From positions 1-58,918 of the IMG/VR virus record IMGVR_UViG_3300030450_002092: 58,918 nt of DNA, one strand, 5' to 3'. Position numbers and translations under genes: made by a program. This stretch comes from a virus (taxonomy: Duplodnaviria > Caudoviricetes). The notes beneath the pieces were generated by a model, which saw only the letters and a list, made by a program, of their open reading frames with translations, searched no databases and was not told the DNA's origin. The stretch's first letter is position 1. Each line of letters opens with the position of its first letter. This document shows positions 9,965 through 20,322 of the stretch, in pieces.

Positions 9965-10579
9965 ATGGAAAAATTTTTGGAAATAGATGTAGCAAGAGAA
10001 GTCGATAGTGGACAGGCTACATCAGATGGGACTGGTTCAGGAAATGGGCCAAATAAATTAAATGACTCAGGTCAAAACTTTGTAGCTACAGTAGCTGTTG
10101 GAGACTGGGTATATGTTTACGGAGTAAATGGTACGCCACAAGCGTCACCGCATTTATATCAAGTGGCTACAGTAGACAGTAATACAGAACTTACTTTAAC
10201 TCCTAAAGGCGCTACAGCTGGATTAGGAACTGGAGTTGTTAATCAAGGAGATTATTATATATATTCTAATACAGTGACTCAGAGTCAAATGGTAGGAGTG
10301 TCGGATGTAATTACTGCTAGAGAAAATACTCCTGACGCAGCAAATGTTAAATTAAACCTGCTATATAATAGAGATAATCCTCAATTATCAATACAATTTG
10401 TATTTGCAAATAATGGTGCTAACGATAACAGTGCAGATATGATGAATGGATATAATGCAGCAGTTGAGAATTTATATCATTCTACATGGCCAAATGTTAC
10501 AGGCAAGTGGGAAGATAAAATAACAAATGCAGGAGTTGTTTCTAAGGCCTATAAAATATTAAGTGTTAAAAAAGTATAG
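9965..10579 (+). CDS. paralogue 3 with an inserted beta-rich domain
   Basis: MEKFLEID start (ATG 9965); C-terminal part aligns with paralogues 1 and 2; insert resembles 52993..53535. Confidence 0.6.
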   Translation: MEKFLEIDVAREVDSGQATSDGTGSGNGPNKLNDSGQNFVATVAVGDWVYVYGVNGTPQASPHLYQVATVDSNTELTLTPKGATAGLGTGVVNQGDYYIYSNTVTQSQMVGVSDVITARENTPDAANVKLNLLYNRDNPQLSIQFVFANNGANDNSADMMNGYNAAVENLYHSTWPNVTGKWEDKITNAGVVSKAYKILSVKKV

Positions 10580-10597
10580 ATTAAACTCAATATAATT

Positions 10598-10635
10598 AAG
10601 AGAGGTTGCTAAAAAAAAGTAACCTCTTTTTTTTT
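10598..10635 (+). terminator. intrinsic terminator
   Basis: AAGAGAGGTTGC-loop-GTAACCTCTTT followed by a T run. Confidence 0.8.
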
Positions 10636-10638
10636 ACT

Positions 10639-10646
10639 TATCTTTG
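10639..10646 (+). promoter_or_regulatory. Bacteroidota-type -7 element (TATCTTTG)
   Basis: Directly after the terminator, 15 bp before ATG 10662. Confidence 0.65.
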
Positions 10647-10661
10647 TAGAAAGAATATAAA

Positions 10662-11387
10662 ATGATTAACTCTGTTAGAAATACTGTATTAGCCATATTG
10701 AATAAAAACAACTATGGTTACATTTCTCCTAGCGATTTTAATTTATATGCTAAACAAGCTCAATTAGATTTATTTGAAGACTTGTTTTACGAATATAATT
10801 ATCAAATTATTAAAGAGAATATGCGTCAATCAGGGACTGGTTACGCTAACATTGCTAAAGGAATAGTAGAGGTAATTGATTTGTTTTCCACTACAGCTGT
10901 ATTAGCTAATCCTGCCCCAGGAACAAATGAATACACAATGCCAGCTGATTATTATTTAATTAATAAAGTTTTATGTTATGATACAGCGGGAACTTCCCTT
11001 ACGGGTGAAGCGGAGCGTGTAAGCCATAGTAAAATTACATTGTTAAATTCATCTAATTTAACTGCGCCTACTACCACGTACCCAGCATATACCACGCAAG
11101 CAGCTGTGATGACTGTGTATCCATCAACTATAAACGCAGCAGGTCAAGTTCAAGCACAATACATAAGGTACCCTGCCGACCCAGTATGGACATATTTACA
11201 AATAACTGGAGGAGAGCCTGTGTTTGACGGAAGTAATGTAGCTTATCAAGATTTTGAATTATCAGCTGATTATGAAACCGATTTAGTGGTAAAGATTTTA
11301 CAATATGCAGGCGTATCAATAAGAGAAGCAGCTGTAGTTCAATATGCAAATACAGCAGAAATTAACGAAAATACATCAGAACAATAA
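10662..11387 (+). CDS. tail tubular/adaptor (ring) protein, putative
   Basis: N-terminus 'ILNKNNYGYISPSDFNLYAKQAQ' and 'YIRYPADPVW' resemble ring proteins of Bacteroidota podoviruses; synteny. Confidence 0.6.
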   Translation: MINSVRNTVLAILNKNNYGYISPSDFNLYAKQAQLDLFEDLFYEYNYQIIKENMRQSGTGYANIAKGIVEVIDLFSTTAVLANPAPGTNEYTMPADYYLINKVLCYDTAGTSLTGEAERVSHSKITLLNSSNLTAPTTTYPAYTTQAAVMTVYPSTINAAGQVQAQYIRYPADPVWTYLQITGGEPVFDGSNVAYQDFELSADYETDLVVKILQYAGVSIREAAVVQYANTAEINENTSEQ

Positions 11388-12310
11388 TGTCATACTTAAA
11401 CGGATATCAATATTATACAAATTCAGGAACTGCACCGCAAGATGCAAACTGGGGCTCATATCAATATGTTAGTCTTGATGATATAGTAAATAATTTTTTA
11501 TTAATGTATGACGGAAATCATTCATTGGTTAATAATGAAGAAAGATATAAAATAAGATTTCACGCAAAAAGAGCAATACAAGAATTAAATTATGATGCAT
11601 TTAAAGAAGTAAAAGCTTTAGAATTAAATGTAGGAGAAGATTTACGATTTATATTACCTATAGATTATGTTAATTGGGTAAGGGTATCTATGTATAAAGA
11701 TGGTGTATTAAGACCATTGACTGAAAACATACAACTCAACACAGCGTCTGCATACTTGCAAGACAGTGATAACAATTTATTGTTTGACCAGAATGGTAAT
11801 ATATTGCAGCCAGAATTTGCTACGATAGATGTAGACAGGTTAAGGGGAACAGAAAAAACTATGTACATAAACAACAACAGCGCTTATGATGGTCTTATGG
11901 GTTGGTGCTACAATGGATGCTGGTACTTTGACTTCCCTATTGGAGGGCATTATGGATTAAACACTGAAACGGCTAATGCTAATCCCACATTTAATATCAA
12001 TAAAAAAAGCGGAACAATTACTTTTAGTTCAAACATAAAAGAACAATTATGTATTCTTGAATATATATCAGACGGAATGGAAGGTGGTGTAGATGCAGAT
12101 GTTACCGTTAATAAATTATTTGAAGATTATATATACGCTTATATGCAATATGTTATTCTTAACTCTAAAATCGGTGTTCAAGAATATATTGTAACTCGTG
12201 CTAGAAAAAACAAATCAGCTTTATTAAGAAATGCAAAGATTAGATTAAGCAATATTCATCCAGGGAGATTATTGATGAATATGAGAGGAAAAGATAAGTG
12301 GATAAAATAA
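11387..12310 (+). CDS. tail/adaptor structural protein, putative
   Basis: Overlaps the previous stop; lies between the ring and nozzle genes. Confidence 0.55.
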   Translation: MSYLNGYQYYTNSGTAPQDANWGSYQYVSLDDIVNNFLLMYDGNHSLVNNEERYKIRFHAKRAIQELNYDAFKEVKALELNVGEDLRFILPIDYVNWVRVSMYKDGVLRPLTENIQLNTASAYLQDSDNNLLFDQNGNILQPEFATIDVDRLRGTEKTMYINNNSAYDGLMGWCYNGCWYFDFPIGGHYGLNTETANANPTFNINKKSGTITFSSNIKEQLCILEYISDGMEGGVDADVTVNKLFEDYIYAYMQYVILNSKIGVQEYIVTRARKNKSALLRNAKIRLSNIHPGRLLMNMRGKDKWIK

Positions 12311-12311
12311 G

Positions 12312-15300
12312 ATGGCTAAAACTACAAGAAATTTTATACAAGGCAGAATGAATAAAAGCGTTGATGAACGCTTAATTCCACAAGGTGAATATATAGATGC
12401 ATTAAATGTAAGACTAGGTTCAACTGAAAATTCTGAAATAGGTTCAGTAGAAAACTCTAAAGGAAATAAACTTTTAGTAACCCCTGAATTTCCAACTGGC
12501 ACTACACATGCATTTCAATGTCTAGGGGCTTATGCTGATGCCGCTAATGAAACTATATATTGGTTTATTCACGCAGACACCGTTAGCATTGGTTCAACTA
12601 CAAAATTAGACATGATAGTGTCTTACAATAAGCTGAGTCAAATTACAACTAATCATATTGTTAGTATTGACGATGGCGGTAATGTAAACACTACATTGAA
12701 CTTTAGTGATACTTATTTAATCAATTCTATAAACAAAGTAGAAAATTTATTGTTTTTTTCTGACAATAAAAATCCTCCAAGATTTATAGATGTCAATAAA
12801 AACTATCCAGACCCGATAGGAAACATTGACCAGTTTTCAGCCGAAAGTATTTTAGTAATAAAAAAACCTCCTGTTGCTGCTCCTGCGATAAGACAGTTTA
12901 ATACAAGTCAATCTGAAACTTATATGGATGAAAGATTTGTATGTTTTGCGTATAGGTATAAGTATGCTAATAATGAATACTCAGCCACTTCTCAGTGGAC
13001 TTTACCAGCTTTTAGTCCTAAGCCTTTTAATTTAAGTTTAGAAAGTGCTTTAAATGAAGGAATGATAAATAATTTTAACACGGTAGAGGTAACCTATAAT
13101 ACTGGTAGTTCATTAGTGACTGAGGTAGAGTTGCTTTTTAAAGAAGCCGCAAGTAATACTATTAATATTATCGAATCATTTAATAAAGTGGAGTTAGGAT
13201 TAGGCGACAATAATGATGAAACGATGATGTTTGATAATAATAAAATATTTACAATACTCGCGGATTCTGAAATTTTAAGATTATATGATAATGTTCCATT
13301 ATTAGCAAAAGCGCAAACTATAATGGGGAACAGGTTAATGTATGGAAATTATGTTGAAGGTTATGATTTAGTTGATTCTTTAGATAGCCCAATACAGTTT
13401 GATTATATAGCATCACTAAAACAAACAGCAATTAACGAAACATTTTTGACACCAGTTTTTTCTGCTGGTAGTTATCAAATAGATTGTATTACTAGTAGTC
13501 CAGCTACTACAAGTTCTACAGATGCAGTTATGACTATTTATTTAACAGAGGATGGAACAGCTGGAGGAACGCCAATACCATTAAAAAGCGGAATGGTGTT
13601 AGATTTTGATGTTAACTTTATACATCACCAGTTTACTGGAGATACTTCGGGTTCTTTTACAGCTCCAACTGCAACTACGCCTTTAACTAATCTTCCATTT
13701 ACATTTGTTTTACCTCAAGATTATTCTTCAGCTTTTGCTTTAGCAACTAGCCCTGAATTTGTTGCCTTTATGGGGTCTCCTACTAATATTCAAAAAGTAG
13801 CAGATTGTGCTAATGGAATATCTGTGTCTGATACTTTTAACTGTTTACTGCCTTCAGGATTAGCTGGAGCAAGCGGTGGTTCTACAACTACTTTATCAAA
13901 ATGCTGGAGTGGTACTAAAGATTTATATTGCACAGGTAACACAACTTTGTTTGACACAGCTTTTGCTACATTAGGTATTGTAACCAATTCTTCAAACGCA
14001 TCTTCACTTGGTATTCAATTAATGTCTATGGCTTATGTAGATACTTGTCCGCAAAATGGAGCGGCTACAGCAACACAAGTAGTATATGAATATTATAAAT
14101 TTAGTGGAGCTCAAGTTAATATTAAAAGTATTGACACTTTACCAAGTTTAAAAAGTAACAGAAACTATGAAGCTGCTATTGTTTATATGGATGATTTTAA
14201 CAGAAGTAGCACGCCTATTGTTAGTCCTAACAATACAGTTGCAGTAACTTGTGCTGATGCGGTAAATCGTAATCAAATACAAATAGAAATACCTACAACA
14301 ATGCATCCGCCAAAATGGGCAACACGATATAAGTTTTGTGTTCAGCCAGATAGAAGTGGTTATGAAACTGTATATACAAACTTATTTTTTCAAGACCCTA
14401 AGAGTGCAAGAATATGGTGTTTGTTAGAAGGAGAGAATGCACAAAAAATAGAAAAAGGTGATAGATTAATTGTTAAAAGAGATAGCGATGGGCCGACTAG
14501 TAGATGTGTATATACTACTGTTTTAGAAAAAGAAGTAAAAATTGATGATTTTATCACAGTACCTATCCCTGGTACAACTGAAAATGCTGTAGTGCCTGCG
14601 GGGGCTTATATGGCTTTAGCGCCAAGAAACTTTTCAGCGGCATTAGACCCAGACGCAGTGTTTAATCCAGGGACGAGTGGTATGGTAGCTACTGGGGGTA
14701 GCTCCACGTCTAATCCATCAAAAGATAGTGATTACGGCCCTCAGGTATATTATCTATTAAGCACGGTTTCAAACTCAGGAACAGCAACCACTGCTGACCC
14801 TAAATATGCAGATGTACCTGTTCCTCAAGGGAGTATTATTAATATGAATTTTCGTTTTGCTAGAATCGGGCCAGGAGACGGAAATAAAAATTGTGAGAGA
14901 GTAATTTATGAACTAGAACTAAACGGACTTGTATCTCAAAATGATTATGTAAATATGTATGATTGGTTTGAAGGCGATAACATTGAGTCATTATTAAATG
15001 GAGGAGAATGGGAAGTAGGTGATTCTGGTGCAGACGGTACTTTTGAGTATGATGATTCTTTATACTATGGTAATGCATCTTCAACATCTTTAACAGCTTT
15101 TCAAGCTTCAAGTAATTTTGGTCAACATGTAAAAGAGTTTAACATGAGATTTTTTAGAGCTAATGATGTAGCAGGTACTGCAAGTACTAGTAATGCTATA
15201 GGTGTAGTAGTTAGGGGTGGTCGAGCTTGCGGTAGTTCAGAAAAAAGAAGAAGTTTAATTACAATGTCAATTCAAGTTTTCAAAAGTGATAACACTTTAG

Positions 15301-18005
15301 TTTTTGAAACAGAGCCTACAGATGCAGCACCAGGAATATTTTTTGAAAGCTCCGACACATTTGATATAACAAATAATTTTCATTTATCAGGCAGCGCAGA
15401 TGGCGACCAAAATCAAACTGCGTCTCAGCCCGCCATTATTACTATATCTTCAGCTAATTGTTTTGTTTTTGGTAACGGGGTAGAAAGCAACAAGATTAGA
15501 GATTCTATTTCAGGTAAAAGTTTTAATTTAGGAAATAGAGTTTATGGAGCAAGTGAACAGATATATAAGCGAGCTCATAGATTTGCCGATATTACTTATA
15601 GTGGAATATATAACGATGAGTCAAACATAAACAAACTTAACGAATTCAATTTAGGTTTGGTTAACTTTAAACCTCTTGAAGATAGATATGGCCCTGTTGA
15701 AGTTTTATCGGGTAGAAAAACAGACGTGCTAACATTGCAAGAAGATAAAATATCTTATGTCTTAGCAGGAAAAAATTTATTATCAGATGCTGCTGGCGGA
15801 AGTGCTTTAACGTCTGTACCTCAAGTATTAGGAACTCAAATAGCTAGAATAGAAAAATACGGCATTAGTAATAATCCTGAAAGCTACACAGAATGGGGTT
15901 CAGATAAGTTTTTTACTGATGTTAAAAGAGGAGCTATAATTCAACTTAAAGGTGCATCAGCAGACAGTGAACGATTGGGAGTAATATCAGAAGTTGGTAT
16001 GCGTGGATATTTTAGAGATTTATTTAATGAGTCTTTTACTTACCAGAAAATTGGAGGATTTGACCCATATATGAATGAATATGTTTTAAGCATAAACAAT
16101 AACAGACTTCCTCTTGAAGACATTAGATATGCTTGTGGAGTAAGCAATACATTTACTGTAGAAGCAGGTTCTCCTGTAATACTCTTATACCGCCTTACAG
16201 AAACTTCTGGTAATGCAAGATTAGATTATACATTTGGCGATGGTAGTGGTAGTACTACAACTATAACGGCTGCATGGGTGGATGAAGCTGGAGTCTCACA
16301 AAGTGTTACTAGTGGAGCGGTAAGTGTAGATGGCTTTATAACTGTAACTCGTAATGTACCAAGTATCGTAGATGTTACCATTACAATAACCCAAACAGCA
16401 GGTTCACAAAGCGTAACAATAAATCAAGCTTGTCCGTTAGCTGCTACTGTAAATATTGTTCAAATTTGTTTAACAAATGATGACGAAAATACTTTATCTT
16501 CATACAATCAATATTACTGGAATACGTTTAGTGGTGGCCCGTATACTCCTCCTTATTACACCAACCCAACGTATACATCTTCTTTAACATCTACATTTGT
16601 AGATTTTGCTCAAGGAAGTACAACACCAGTTATATCAAATTACGCTATAACAACTGGATTAACAGGTCAAAATAGTTTTCCACCAACAGGTGCTTATATT
16701 ACTATGGTATCCAATAAAATAGCGCCAGCCAATTTTACTTTTGATTCGACTAATGATAAGTTTTATTATTTAAATAGTAATACTTTATATGGTAACAACG
16801 TTACAGATATGAATACTTTATTAGCTGCTGCAACTGAAGCCACTCCTATAACCGAAGAAACAGCAGGAGTAACTTATAGCGCGCAGTTTATAAGACCTGG
16901 CTCTAACACTACCTACTTATACTTGGTATGGGATTACAGAAGTATACAAGCAACAAATTTAAGTTTTAAAGCAGGCACAGGTAATACAGCAGCTGACAGG
17001 TTTAGCGCTTGTTGTGTAAACCCTCAAACAGCATATTATTTAGACGGAGCAACTTTGTCTAGTGCTAATGTGATATATCAAAACTCATTACTAACTGTTG
17101 TAGCTCCAGACGGATATTATAGTGATGGTGCTTATGTAAGACTACAAAAACTAGGCGCTTTACAACCTGACACTACAGCATGTGCTTGTGGGGTAAGTTG
17201 TTCAGGTTCCGCAATATACTGGAAAACTACACCTCTTGCAGTGTATAAGTCAACTCATACTTTTACTACTAATGGAGCAATAATAGTCAATTTTATCCCG
17301 TGGGAAACCCCTGTAGGTATACAAGTAACTTATGATGGTGTTATATATAATAAGTTTTCATCTACTATATTTGGCGATGTGGCTCCAAACAGTTTAAATA
17401 CACCAGTGTTTTTAGGACAAACAAGTTCAGGTACTCCGCCAAGTGCTGGAAATTACCCAGTAGCCGAATTAAACTCACAGTCTCAATATCAAGTTATACC
17501 TAATACTACTCAGTATGTAAGTGTAGGGGCGGGGCAAATAAAAACTTCACTTGGAAACCCAGGTATATGTAGTATAGTTGTGCCTGCTACTAATACAAAT
17601 ATAAAATATCTTGAAATAGAAGTATATAATTTAATAACTGCTCCTTCAGAATATTTATCTAAATATATACAAGTTAATTGTCCAGCTAATTTAACCTCAT
17701 TTAGTTCAAGTGGATTTACAAGAGCTAATAATCCAGCCGCTTGTTTAGACCCTAATGATGCTATTGATTTATTCCGACAGCCAAATAATCCAGCGCAAGC
17801 TATTATAAGTGTTAATGACCAGATTTATGCAAATAACAATGGAGATTTAGCTGTCAATACTGATGCTTCATCACCAGGATATGCTAACAGAGCATTTAGT
17901 GCAGGAGGTTGGATAAGAGTAGAACAACAAGCAAATGGAGTAACAGCATTACAGTTAAGTGATGAAAGTATAGTAATTGCAACAAGTTCAACTTGCGCAC
18001 CATAA
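12312..18005 (+). CDS. tail nozzle/stabilisation-type protein with a long beta-rich C-terminal extension
   Basis: N-terminal 'GRMNKSVDERLIPQGEYIDALNVR', 'GNRLMYGNYVEGY', 'YGISNNPES', 'GGFDPYMNEY' motifs of P22 gp10-like tail proteins in Bacteroidota phages. Confidence 0.7.
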   Translation: MAKTTRNFIQGRMNKSVDERLIPQGEYIDALNVRLGSTENSEIGSVENSKGNKLLVTPEFPTGTTHAFQCLGAYADAANETIYWFIHADTVSIGSTTKLDMIVSYNKLSQITTNHIVSIDDGGNVNTTLNFSDTYLINSINKVENLLFFSDNKNPPRFIDVNKNYPDPIGNIDQFSAESILVIKKPPVAAPAIRQFNTSQSETYMDERFVCFAYRYKYANNEYSATSQWTLPAFSPKPFNLSLESALNEGMINNFNTVEVTYNTGSSLVTEVELLFKEAASNTINIIESFNKVELGLGDNNDETMMFDNNKIFTILADSEILRLYDNVPLLAKAQTIMGNRLMYGNYVEGYDLVDSLDSPIQFDYIASLKQTAINETFLTPVFSAGSYQIDCITSSPATTSSTDAVMTIYLTEDGTAGGTPIPLKSGMVLDFDVNFIHHQFTGDTSGSFTAPTATTPLTNLPFTFVLPQDYSSAFALATSPEFVAFMGSPTNIQKVADCANGISVSDTFNCLLPSGLAGASGGSTTTLSKCWSGTKDLYCTGNTTLFDTAFATLGIVTNSSNASSLGIQLMSMAYVDTCPQNGAATATQVVYEYYKFSGAQVNIKSIDTLPSLKSNRNYEAAIVYMDDFNRSSTPIVSPNNTVAVTCADAVNRNQIQIEIPTTMHPPKWATRYKFCVQPDRSGYETVYTNLFFQDPKSARIWCLLEGENAQKIEKGDRLIVKRDSDGPTSRCVYTTVLEKEVKIDDFITVPIPGTTENAVVPAGAYMALAPRNFSAALDPDAVFNPGTSGMVATGGSSTSNPSKDSDYGPQVYYLLSTVSNSGTATTADPKYADVPVPQGSIINMNFRFARIGPGDGNKNCERVIYELELNGLVSQNDYVNMYDWFEGDNIESLLNGGEWEVGDSGADGTFEYDDSLYYGNASSTSLTAFQASSNFGQHVKEFNMRFFRANDVAGTASTSNAIGVVVRGGRACGSSEKRRSLITMSIQVFKSDNTLVFETEPTDAAPGIFFESSDTFDITNNFHLSGSADGDQNQTASQPAIITISSANCFVFGNGVESNKIRDSISGKSFNLGNRVYGASEQIYKRAHRFADITYSGIYNDESNINKLNEFNLGLVNFKPLEDRYGPVEVLSGRKTDVLTLQEDKISYVLAGKNLLSDAAGGSALTSVPQVLGTQIARIEKYGISNNPESYTEWGSDKFFTDVKRGAIIQLKGASADSERLGVISEVGMRGYFRDLFNESFTYQKIGGFDPYMNEYVLSINNNRLPLEDIRYACGVSNTFTVEAGSPVILLYRLTETSGNARLDYTFGDGSGSTTTITAAWVDEAGVSQSVTSGAVSVDGFITVTRNVPSIVDVTITITQTAGSQSVTINQACPLAATVNIVQICLTNDDENTLSSYNQYYWNTFSGGPYTPPYYTNPTYTSSLTSTFVDFAQGSTTPVISNYAITTGLTGQNSFPPTGAYITMVSNKIAPANFTFDSTNDKFYYLNSNTLYGNNVTDMNTLLAAATEATPITEETAGVTYSAQFIRPGSNTTYLYLVWDYRSIQATNLSFKAGTGNTAADRFSACCVNPQTAYYLDGATLSSANVIYQNSLLTVVAPDGYYSDGAYVRLQKLGALQPDTTACACGVSCSGSAIYWKTTPLAVYKSTHTFTTNGAIIVNFIPWETPVGIQVTYDGVIYNKFSSTIFGDVAPNSLNTPVFLGQTSSGTPPSAGNYPVAELNSQSQYQVIPNTTQYVSVGAGQIKTSLGNPGICSIVVPATNTNIKYLEIEVYNLITAPSEYLSKYIQVNCPANLTSFSSSGFTRANNPAACLDPNDAIDLFRQPNNPAQAIISVNDQIYANNNGDLAVNTDASSPGYANRAFSAGGWIRVEQQANGVTALQLSDESIVIATSSTCAP

Positions 18006-18015
18006 AAATTTAAAT

Positions 18016-18825
18016 ATGCCATTTAGTAATCAAACCATAACATATAGTGAATCCGTACAAGGGTTTCCATCTTTCTATTCTTATATACCAGAAAAAATAT
18101 TAGGAATGAATGGGTTTTTGTATACATTTAAAAACGGTAAGTTGTATCAGCATAATGATAATACAGCTCAACGAAACGAATATTATGGAGCAACATATCC
18201 ATCTACAATAACCAGCGTATTTAATGAATCCCCTTTAGAAAATAAAATATTTAAATCTATCGGTATTCAATCTGATGATAACTGGGGTGCTACTGTTACC
18301 TCAGATATTCAAACAACAGGTTTTATTACAAATAGTTTTTTTGTAAAAAAAGAAGGAGAGTGGTTTGCATATTTAAGAAATAATGAAGCTGCTCCAATTA
18401 GTGGAGAATTTGCTTTGCGTTCTGTTCAAGGAATAGGAATCCAATCAGTAAGAACGGGTGTGGGTACAAACAACTGTGTAATTACATTCCCAGCTGGTGT
18501 TCCATTGCCGTCAGGTATTATGCCTGGTACAAGCGTTGGGGATATAGTATATTTTACTATAGCTCCATTTAACACTGTTATGACTCCATCCAAGGCGGGG
18601 GAAGTTTTAGGGGTTGATAGAACAGCTAATACTATAACATTAGACAATACAAGTGTAAATCTTCCAACAACTGGTACAGATGCGTATATTATGTTAATTA
18701 AAAACTCAATAGCAGAGTCTCATGGTATACTGGGTCACTATGCAGAGTTTACTTTAACAAACACAAATACTGCGGCAGTAGAGCTGTTTGCTGTAGATTC
18801 AGACATTATGAAAAGTTTCCCTTAA
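18016..18825 (+). CDS. tail structural protein resembling the C-terminal part of nozzle proteins
   Basis: ATG 18016; 'TITYSE..GFPSFYSYIPE', 'KIFKSI', 'FVKKEGEWFAY', 'GILGHY', 'ELFAV'. Confidence 0.6.
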   Translation: MPFSNQTITYSESVQGFPSFYSYIPEKILGMNGFLYTFKNGKLYQHNDNTAQRNEYYGATYPSTITSVFNESPLENKIFKSIGIQSDDNWGATVTSDIQTTGFITNSFFVKKEGEWFAYLRNNEAAPISGEFALRSVQGIGIQSVRTGVGTNNCVITFPAGVPLPSGIMPGTSVGDIVYFTIAPFNTVMTPSKAGEVLGVDRTANTITLDNTSVNLPTTGTDAYIMLIKNSIAESHGILGHYAEFTLTNTNTAAVELFAVDSDIMKSFP

Positions 18826-18831
18826 AATTAG

Positions 18832-18839
18832 TATCTTTG
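18832..18839 (+). promoter_or_regulatory. Bacteroidota-type -7 element (TATCTTTG)
   Basis: Intergenic, 14 bp before ATG 18854. Confidence 0.6.
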
Positions 18840-18853
18840 TGATAATTATTTAG

Positions 18854-19405
18854 ATGAGTAATATAGAAACAATAATTGCTGAGCAAGTTTTAGGAGAAGT
18901 AACCTCTAAGCGAGGAATGATGTGGGAAAAAATTGCGGAGTTTCAGTCTCAATTAGAAGAGATTGAAGGGGTTTTTACTCATAAATCAGGGGAAGAACAA
19001 AGTGAGGGATTACAAACTTATTTTCCTTTAGAACACACTTTTGAAGGTGGGCTCTATACTAGGCAAATTTTTATGCCAAAAGGAGCAGTTGTGGTAAGTA
19101 TGATACATAAAAAACAACACCCATCTTTTTTATTAAAAGGTGAGTTATCATATTTAACAGATGAAGGAAAAATTGTTAGAATTAAAGCTCCGTATACAGT
19201 CTTTACACAGGCAGGAGCTCAAAGAGTTTTTTATATTCACGAAGATGTAGTGTGGACGTGTGTGCATAAAACAAACAAAACAAATGTAAGAGAAGCAGAG
19301 CTTGAATTATTTTCAAATGATTTTAAAGATTTGCCTAAAAGTATAATAGATAAAAGAAAAAAAATATGTCAGCAGCAGCAACAGCAGCCATTATTGCAGG
19401 AGTAG
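18854..19405 (+). CDS. cupin-fold (double-stranded beta-helix) protein
   Basis: 'HTFEGGLYTRQIFMPKGAVVVSMIHKKQH...LKGEL...VFYIHEDVVWTCVH'. Confidence 0.6.
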   Translation: MSNIETIIAEQVLGEVTSKRGMMWEKIAEFQSQLEEIEGVFTHKSGEEQSEGLQTYFPLEHTFEGGLYTRQIFMPKGAVVVSMIHKKQHPSFLLKGELSYLTDEGKIVRIKAPYTVFTQAGAQRVFYIHEDVVWTCVHKTNKTNVREAELELFSNDFKDLPKSIIDKRKKICQQQQQQPLLQE

Positions 19406-20304
19406 GTTTAGTTTTATCAGGTACAGGAATGGGTATAAATTTTGCCGCTGCGGGTCGAGCAAGAAGAGCCCAAGCAGATGCAGAGTTTGATGCAGAAAAT
19501 GCAATGAAAAAGGCTAGAAAAAAACTTAATGTAAATTTTTACGAAAACCTCTCTATCAATAAAGAAGCTTATGAACTAGAAAGAGAAGCTTTATTATCCG
19601 CAGGAGCGCAAGCAACCGCAGCAGGAGCGGAAAGCGAAAGAGGAGCCGCAGCTGTAGCAGGGAGAGTTTTAGCTGCACAAAATCAAGCGCAAGCACAACA
19701 AAGAGTAGCAATGAGTAAAGAGCAAAAAGCTTTAGACGCTATGATAGCTAAAGAAGATTCAAGATTGCGTGATGTGAAAGTGCAGTTAGATTTAGAAGAA
19801 GTAGCAGGTGCGCAAGCAGCAGCGGGTAGAGCAGAGCAACAAGCTGGTCAATATCAAGCAGCAGGGGTTCAAGGAATTTTAGACACAGCTAGAGCAGGTA
19901 TGACATTTGGAAATGCGATGGGAGAAGTAAAAGCTGCAAAAGGTGGAGATATGGCACCAATAGAAGCAAGGTTTGACGGTAAAAAAGGATTCCTTGGATT
20001 GGGTCGTAAAGATGTAGAAGGCACAATGCAAACTAATTTAGAAACTTTCTTAGAAACCGATGAAGGGAAAGCATTAGGATTAGCTGATACAGACTTTACA
20101 AAAACATTTGAAATTCAAAATCGTCCAGCTTTAGATAAGGATGGGCAGCCACAAATGAGTGGTCAAGCTGCATTTCGTGATGCATTTAGACAACAACTAA
20201 CACCAGCTGGAATAAAAGCATTTGATAAATATTTAAAGGACTTAGCTAATCCTCCTGTTGAAGACTTGTCGGCAGCAGGTGGTTATTCTGGAATGTCATT
20301 ATAA
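19366..20304 (+). CDS. internal virion/ejection protein 1 (putative)
   Basis: N-terminal Gly/Ala hydrophobic segment and Ala/Gln coiled coil; position after the tail genes. Confidence 0.6.
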   Translation: MSAAATAAIIAGVGLVLSGTGMGINFAAAGRARRAQADAEFDAENAMKKARKKLNVNFYENLSINKEAYELEREALLSAGAQATAAGAESERGAAAVAGRVLAAQNQAQAQQRVAMSKEQKALDAMIAKEDSRLRDVKVQLDLEEVAGAQAAAGRAEQQAGQYQAAGVQGILDTARAGMTFGNAMGEVKAAKGGDMAPIEARFDGKKGFLGLGRKDVEGTMQTNLETFLETDEGKALGLADTDFTKTFEIQNRPALDKDGQPQMSGQAAFRDAFRQQLTPAGIKAFDKYLKDLANPPVEDLSAAGGYSGMSL

Positions 20305-20322
20305 ATTATACAATAAATAACT

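Noticed and set aside
19366-19405. Poly-Q tail of the cupin protein
   Set aside because: By-product of overlap with the Ala-rich (GCA)n start of the next gene
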